IMG/VR virus record: IMGVR_UViG_3300032229_000588
Coordinates: 1-64,000 of that record
Length of the DNA: 64,000 nt
Origin: a virus
Direction: 5' to 3' (one strand)
The translations under genes and the position numbers were made by a program. Positions within the stretch are counted from its first letter, which is position 1. The number at the start of each line of letters is the position of its first letter. Under the pieces are notes generated by a model. It was not told where the DNA came from, searched no databases, and was given only the letters and a program-made list of their open reading frames with translations. Shown one piece after another: positions 58,782-64,000 of this stretch.

Positions 58782-59615
58782 ATGGAAAAACAAAAAATCA
58801 GAAAAGTATCGGATTGGTGGGGTGAATACGATTGTTCATCTAACCGTAACATGCCAAAGTATCTACAATGGCTATCAAGAGACACACAAGACCCTTACAC
58901 AGTAAGTGTTTATGTTGATAACTACATTAAAGATGTTGGTTTCAACGACCCATCAAGAGAAAAAATTGGTTGGTTGTTAGAATCGCCACAAATGAATGAA
59001 GGTACCATTAAGTATCTTGTAGATAATTTGGAAATGACAAGAGAACATTACAAATGTATCTTTACTTGTATGGATAGTTTAATTGAACTTGGTGCTCCAT
59101 TTACTTACACTATTTCTAACGCAGCTCCTTGGATTTGGGAAAGAAATAGAATGATTTATCCAAAGACTAAATTGGTGAGTATGATTGCGTCTAACAAAGG
59201 TTGGTTACGTGGTCACCAAAACAGATTAGAGTGGGTTGAAAAATTAAAAGATAAAGTTGATTTGTTTGGTACTGGTAGACCTCACCAACTTAATGATAAA
59301 GAAGATGGTTTAAGAGATTATATGTTCTCTGTTTCAATTGAAAACGATGACTCTGATGGATACTTCACGGAAAAATTGACGGACAACTTTGTAATGGGTA
59401 CCGTACCAGTTTATTGGGGTTCAAGAAAAGTTGTTGAAAGATACTTTGACCCTGCGGGTGTTATCTTCTTGGAGGACGACCCAGATTTATCAACATTAAC
59501 TCCTGAAAAATATCAATCAATGATGCCCGCTATTGAACGTAATTTTAAAATTGCAATGGAAATGGGGACATCAGAAGATTATATGTGGGAACATTATTTA
59601 AAAAACTTATTTTAA
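58782..59615 (+). CDS. GT10 alpha-1,3/4-fucosyltransferase-like
   Basis: LLESP and YMFSVSIEND...GYFTEKLTD...GTVPVYWG (GT10 motif). Likely start is ATG 58782. Confidence 0.8.
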   Translation: MEKQKIRKVSDWWGEYDCSSNRNMPKYLQWLSRDTQDPYTVSVYVDNYIKDVGFNDPSREKIGWLLESPQMNEGTIKYLVDNLEMTREHYKCIFTCMDSLIELGAPFTYTISNAAPWIWERNRMIYPKTKLVSMIASNKGWLRGHQNRLEWVEKLKDKVDLFGTGRPHQLNDKEDGLRDYMFSVSIENDDSDGYFTEKLTDNFVMGTVPVYWGSRKVVERYFDPAGVIFLEDDPDLSTLTPEKYQSMMPAIERNFKIAMEMGTSEDYMWEHYLKNLF

Positions 59616-59616
59616 T

Positions 59617-60426
59617 ATGAAATATCTTGTATTAGGTTCTGCAGGACAAGTTGGAGCAGAACTTTGTAAATTTTTAAGAAACGAAAATCACGAGGTAGTT
59701 GAATTCGATATTGCATCAGATGACTCACAAGATTTAAGAATACCTAACGTAATTGATAATTTGGTTGAGGAGTCTGATTTTGTCATGTTCTTGGCGTTTG
59801 ATGTTGGGGGTTCAAGGTATTTGAAAAAATACCAACACACTTATGAGTTTATTGAAAACAACACCAAGTTAACTCTTTATACTTTTGAAAGTTTGAGAAA
59901 ACATAATAAACCATTTATTTTTGCGTCCTCACAGATGGCAAATATGTCTTACTCACCATACGGTATTTGTAAATCATTAGGTGAAGTTTATACGAAAGCG
60001 TTAAATGGATTAACAGTTAAGTTTTGGAACGTATATGGTCCTGAACACGATTTAGAAAAATCTCACGTAATTACTGACTTTATCTTAAAGGCTAAGGAAG
60101 GTAAGATTGAAATGTTAACAGATGGTAAAGAAGAAAGACAATTTTTACATGCGGAAGATTGTTCGCGATGTCTCTTAACATTATCGGAAAAATATGATGA
60201 GATTGACCGTGAATCAAATTTACACATTACCAATTTTGGTTGGAATACAATTTTAGAAGTTGCACAAATTATTCAAGAATTCATTCCTTGTGAAATTATT
60301 CCTTCGACAGAAATTGACACAGTACAATTAAATAAAAGAAATGAACCTGATACATATATCTTGAATTTTTGGAAACCCGAAATTTCATTAAAAGACGGGA
60401 TTGAAAAAATTATCAAAGAAATTTAA
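59617..60426 (+). CDS. NAD-dependent nucleotide-sugar epimerase/dehydratase
   Basis: GSAGQVG, ASS, YGICK (YxxxK), NVYGP, RQFLHAED. Confidence 0.85.
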   Translation: MKYLVLGSAGQVGAELCKFLRNENHEVVEFDIASDDSQDLRIPNVIDNLVEESDFVMFLAFDVGGSRYLKKYQHTYEFIENNTKLTLYTFESLRKHNKPFIFASSQMANMSYSPYGICKSLGEVYTKALNGLTVKFWNVYGPEHDLEKSHVITDFILKAKEGKIEMLTDGKEERQFLHAEDCSRCLLTLSEKYDEIDRESNLHITNFGWNTILEVAQIIQEFIPCEIIPSTEIDTVQLNKRNEPDTYILNFWKPEISLKDGIEKIIKEI

Positions 60427-60428
60427 TT

Positions 60429-61037
60429 ATGGAAAAGTACCTTATTGAATTAATGAACCGTACTTTAAAAACTGTTAATGATGGTGAAACCCAACATTTT
60501 GAACACGTTTTAACATTCTTTTCAATTGCACTTCAGATGAAGACAAAAAAGATTTTAGAACTTGGTGTAAGAAATGGTGGGTCAAGTTATCCATTCTTGG
60601 TTGCTTGTAAAGTACTTGGAGGTCATTTAACCTCAGTTGATATAAATAATAGTGTTTGGAAAGCACCCGAAGATTTAGCACAATACCAAACTTTTATTCA
60701 ATCAGATGCAATTGAGTTCTTAACAAATAATAATGAAAAATACGATTTAATATATGTTGATGATTGGCATAGTTATCCTCACGTTAAAAAAGAACTTGAA
60801 CAAATTGACCGAGTAAGTGATGAAAACACCATCATATTATTACATGATTTGATGGGACAAAGTTGTCACCCGCATTATTACAATCCTTTATACTCAAAAG
60901 AAAGTACAGAGTGGGGACTAGGTGGTCCATACAGAGCGGTGAATGAATTAGACAAAAGTAAATGGGAGTGGATGACTATTCCAATAAATCACGGGTTAAC
61001 CATTTTAAGAAAAAAGGGGAACGTAATAACAACTTAA
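60429..61037 (+). CDS. Class I SAM-dependent methyltransferase (Methyltransf_24-like)
   Basis: ILELGVRNGGS, SVD, DLIYVDDWHSY, LLHD. Confidence 0.85.
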   Translation: MEKYLIELMNRTLKTVNDGETQHFEHVLTFFSIALQMKTKKILELGVRNGGSSYPFLVACKVLGGHLTSVDINNSVWKAPEDLAQYQTFIQSDAIEFLTNNNEKYDLIYVDDWHSYPHVKKELEQIDRVSDENTIILLHDLMGQSCHPHYYNPLYSKESTEWGLGGPYRAVNELDKSKWEWMTIPINHGLTILRKKGNVITT

Positions 61038-61040
61038 TTA

Positions 61041-61910
61041 ATGGAATTTACTGATTTTTTATCACCATATTACGATTTTTATAACACTGAAACCAAATTA
61101 TATACTAATAAACGAGGTGCTGGTTTATACGCGGTTTTAAATTGGATGGTGAGAGCAATTTGTCTTTTGGAATTAAAGGGGGATAAAGTTGAAAAGATTG
61201 AAATGTTCCTTAACGAATATGCGAGTAACGTAGAGATATTTAATTCATTGTTTGACATTTCTCCCCAAGAAATTAAATTACCTGAACTAACGGAATCTGA
61301 AAAATTAGACTTTTTAAAAGTTAGTCATTATTCAAATACAGGATTATCTGAAAACCCTAAATATCTAAATTTAGAGATAACCAATCAAATAATTTCAAAG
61401 TTTTTTAATCCAAAACAAGAAGTTTTGGATTGGTACAATATTTTTATTAACCACATTGGTTGTGATGTAAATGACATTATTTTTATTTGGGCTAGAAGAA
61501 CAGATAAATCTTCAGAATCAAAAATACCATCAGTTGATGAATATTTAAGACTATTATCCACAATAGATTGTGGAAATAAAAAAGTTTTAATTCAAACTGA
61601 TGACCATTCAGTTCTTGAGGAATTTAATTCTAAAAATTTATCATTTTACACATTATCACAAATACCTTTACCTAAAGATAAGGACAAACCATTTCATGTT
61701 GATTTATGGTTGGTGTCAGATGAAGATTTTAAAAAAATGTATGGTATAACAAAAATAGACCATTTGAGACAAATGGTTGCACTTTCATTAATTGCTAAAA
61801 ACGCACATAAATCAATAATATATCCAGGTAATCCAACAACTTTTATTCCATTATTTAAAGGTTCGTTTGATGACTGTATTTTATATAAAGATGATATAAA
61901 TTTATTTTAA
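61041..61910 (+). CDS. GT23/NodZ-like (alpha-1,6-fucosyltransferase fold) protein
   Basis: GAGLYA, IWARRTDKSSE (compare FUT8 HVRRTDK..E), LIQTDD. Confidence 0.55.
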   Translation: MEFTDFLSPYYDFYNTETKLYTNKRGAGLYAVLNWMVRAICLLELKGDKVEKIEMFLNEYASNVEIFNSLFDISPQEIKLPELTESEKLDFLKVSHYSNTGLSENPKYLNLEITNQIISKFFNPKQEVLDWYNIFINHIGCDVNDIIFIWARRTDKSSESKIPSVDEYLRLLSTIDCGNKKVLIQTDDHSVLEEFNSKNLSFYTLSQIPLPKDKDKPFHVDLWLVSDEDFKKMYGITKIDHLRQMVALSLIAKNAHKSIIYPGNPTTFIPLFKGSFDDCILYKDDINLF

Positions 61911-61923
61911 AACAAACACAAAT

Positions 61924-62997
61924 ATGAAAAGAGTAGTAATACTTGGTGGTGGTGGTTTCATTGGAGGTCACTTAGCCAAAAGATTAAAAGAAGAAGGTAA
62001 TCACGTTAGAATCTGTGATATAAAAAAACACGAATATTTTTACCATGACGAAATTTGTCATGAGTTTATCTTGGGGGATTTAACTGACCCTAAAGTTGTT
62101 GATACCGTAATTGAGGAAGGTGTTGATGAGGTTTATCAGTTAGCTGCAGATATGGGTGGAGCATTATATATCTTTACTGGTGAAAATGATGCTAATTTGA
62201 TGCATAACTCAGCAATGATTAACTTAAACGTATCAAGAGAGTGTGTTAAGAAAAACGTTAAAAAAGTATTCTATTCATCGTCAGCATGTATGTACCCTGA
62301 ACATAATCAGTTGGACCCTGAAAATCCAAACTGTGAAGAAAGTTCTGCATACCCTGCAAACCCTGACTCAGAATACGGATGGGAAAAATTGTTTTCAGAA
62401 AGAGTATTTTTAGCATACAACAGAAACTACGGTTTAAATGTTAGAATTGCAAGATTCCACAACATCTTTGGACCACAAGGTACATGGACAGGTGGTAGAG
62501 AAAAATCACCAGCTGCGATGTGTAGAAAAGTCGCTGAAGCAAAAGAAGGTGATGTTATCGAAGTTTGGGGTAATGGTCAGCAAACTCGTTCATTCTTATA
62601 TGTTGATGAATGTGTTGAGGCAGTATTGAGATTGATGAATAGTGATTTTACAGGTCCTGTTAATATTGGGTCTGAAGAAATGGTAACTATTAATCAGTTG
62701 GCAGAAATAGCAATTAATATTTCAGGTAAAAATTTAAGTATCAAAAATATTGAGGGGGAGGAATTTGTTAATAAATATGGTTTCAAATGTCCTTTAGGTG
62801 TTAAAGGTAGAAATTCAGATAACGAATTATATCGTGAAAAAATCGGTTGGGAAGTTAATCAACCATTATTAGTTGGATTACAAAAAACGTATAATTGGAT
62901 TAGTGCTAAAGTAATTGAAAAAGAACAGAATACTCTTTGGATTTACGAAAGTCCTGATGGTGGTAAAACCGTAAACCGTAGACCTATGAACCAATGA
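61924..62997 (+). CDS. GDP-mannose 3,5-epimerase-like
   Basis: GGGGFIG, YQLAADMGG, YSSSACMYPE, YGWEK, RFHNIFGP, GGREKSPAAMCRK, GVKGRNSDN. Confidence 0.88.
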   Translation: MKRVVILGGGGFIGGHLAKRLKEEGNHVRICDIKKHEYFYHDEICHEFILGDLTDPKVVDTVIEEGVDEVYQLAADMGGALYIFTGENDANLMHNSAMINLNVSRECVKKNVKKVFYSSSACMYPEHNQLDPENPNCEESSAYPANPDSEYGWEKLFSERVFLAYNRNYGLNVRIARFHNIFGPQGTWTGGREKSPAAMCRKVAEAKEGDVIEVWGNGQQTRSFLYVDECVEAVLRLMNSDFTGPVNIGSEEMVTINQLAEIAINISGKNLSIKNIEGEEFVNKYGFKCPLGVKGRNSDNELYREKIGWEVNQPLLVGLQKTYNWISAKVIEKEQNTLWIYESPDGGKTVNRRPMNQ

Positions 62998-63377
62998 TAA
63001 CAATTCCTGTCAGTGTTGGTGAATTACTTGATAAGTTATCAATTCTTCACGTAAAAAAAATAAAAATTTTTAATGAAGAAAAACTATTGTTCATTAATAA
63101 AGAATTTGAATTACTATATAATATGTCATCGTATTATTTGAATGACTCTGAGATATCAAAATTATATCATGATTTAGTGAACGTTAATACCAAATTATGG
63201 GAAGTTGAAGATGAACTTAGAGTTTACGAATCAAAAAATGTGTTTGATGCGTCATTTGTTGAATTGGCAAGAAAAGTTTATTACACAAATGATGAAAGGT
63301 TTTCATTAAAAAATAAAATTAATGAGTTGACAGACTCAGAAATTAGAGAACAAAAAGAATACATTGAATATAAATAA
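62994..63377 (+). CDS. DUF6165-like protein
   Basis: IPVSVGELLDKLSIL...VNTKLWEVEDELR...ELARKVYYTNDERFSLK. Confidence 0.75.
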   Translation: MITIPVSVGELLDKLSILHVKKIKIFNEEKLLFINKEFELLYNMSSYYLNDSEISKLYHDLVNVNTKLWEVEDELRVYESKNVFDASFVELARKVYYTNDERFSLKNKINELTDSEIREQKEYIEYK

Positions 63378-63392
63378 ATTTAAAACAACATA

Positions 63393-64000
63393 ATGGCAAA
63401 ATCGACAAGAAAAACCCCAACACCTACTCCTTCATTAAATGAGGAGAGACAGGTTAGAACTAAAAAAGAAATCATTTGTTCAATAATTAAGAAGAAAACT
63501 AAAGAAAAATTTTTAACTCAAACTCAAAAAAATTATTATGATGTTTTAACCTCAAGTGAGGTAACTGTTTGTTCAGGACCTGCAGGTGTAGGTAAAAGTT
63601 ACATTACAATGAAAGCGGCTGTTGATTTATTGGCAGACCCAAACACACCTTACGAAAAAATAATAATTGTTAGACCAGCGGTTGAAGCGGAGGAGAAGTT
63701 AGGTAGTTTACCAGGTAATGTAGAAGAAAAACTTGACCCTTATATTTTCCCATCATATTACTTATTAAATAAAATTATTGGTAAAGAAGCTAGAGAAAAA
63801 TTAAAGGATTTAGAAATTATCGAGGTATTCGCATTGGCATTTATGAGAGGTATGAATATTGACAACTCAATTCTAATTTTTGAAGAAGGTCAAAACGCAA
63901 CCCCAAGTCAAATGAAACTTCTATTGACAAGGATTGGGTTTAATAGTAAATTTTTTATTTCAGGAGATGTTGAACAGTCCGACAGGTATAAGAATAAAAC
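63393..64000 (+). CDS. phoH: PhoH-like ATPase (runs off the right window edge)
   Basis: Not in the ORF track. GPAGVGKS, VRPAVEAEEKLGSLPG, LAFMRG, EEGQN, LTRIG, GDVEQSD. Confidence 0.9.
   Translation, partial: MAKSTRKTPTPTPSLNEERQVRTKKEIICSIIKKKTKEKFLTQTQKNYYDVLTSSEVTVCSGPAGVGKSYITMKAAVDLLADPNTPYEKIIIVRPAVEAEEKLGSLPGNVEEKLDPYIFPSYYLLNKIIGKEAREKLKDLEIIEVFALAFMRGMNIDNSILIFEEGQNATPSQMKLLLTRIGFNSKFFISGDVEQSDRYKNK

Noticed and set aside
1-64000. Stop-codon reassignment as seen in some large phages
   Set aside because: Long genes are intact and densely packed in code 11, and TGA is used as a stop with ATGA overlaps.
1-64000. tRNA, rRNA or large ncRNA genes
   Set aside because: Intergenic gaps are short and contain only promoter- or terminator-like elements; no cloverleaf or T-loop consensus was noticed by eye.

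Overview
This AT-rich, densely coding window (standard genetic code) comes from a large myovirus-type (jumbo-like) tailed phage. Promoter motifs and the lack of Shine-Dalgarno sites point to a Bacteroidota host. Left to right: (1) partial RecA/UvsX-like recombinase and gp32-like SSB; (2) a contractile-tail module with a giant hub-like protein, LysM/gp53-like wedge, tube-initiator-like protein containing an OmpA-like domain, tape measure, tail chaperone with a probable programmed frameshift, tube, sheath, tail terminator and neck proteins, interspersed with a HAD protein, an RHH regulator, a SNF2 helicase and a Mn-SOD fused to a nuclease-like domain; (3) family B DNA polymerase; (4) five genes for mucin-like Thr/Pro-rich, Cys-module proteins and one beta-helix fibre, directly upstream of a GT60 polypeptide-O-GlcNAc-transferase-like gene, a GT25 and two HtrL/YibB-like genes; (5) small proteins including a stand-alone WYL domain; (6) a second glycan cluster with GT4 and GT2 enzymes, three fucosyltransferase-fold enzymes (GT11, GT10, GT23-like), GDP-mannose 3,5-epimerase, methyltransferases and a degenerate UDP-glucose dehydrogenase, ending in partial PhoH. 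The most striking candidate system is phage-encoded mucin-type O-glycosylation of its own virion appendage proteins. All calls come from motif recognition by eye; no searches were run.
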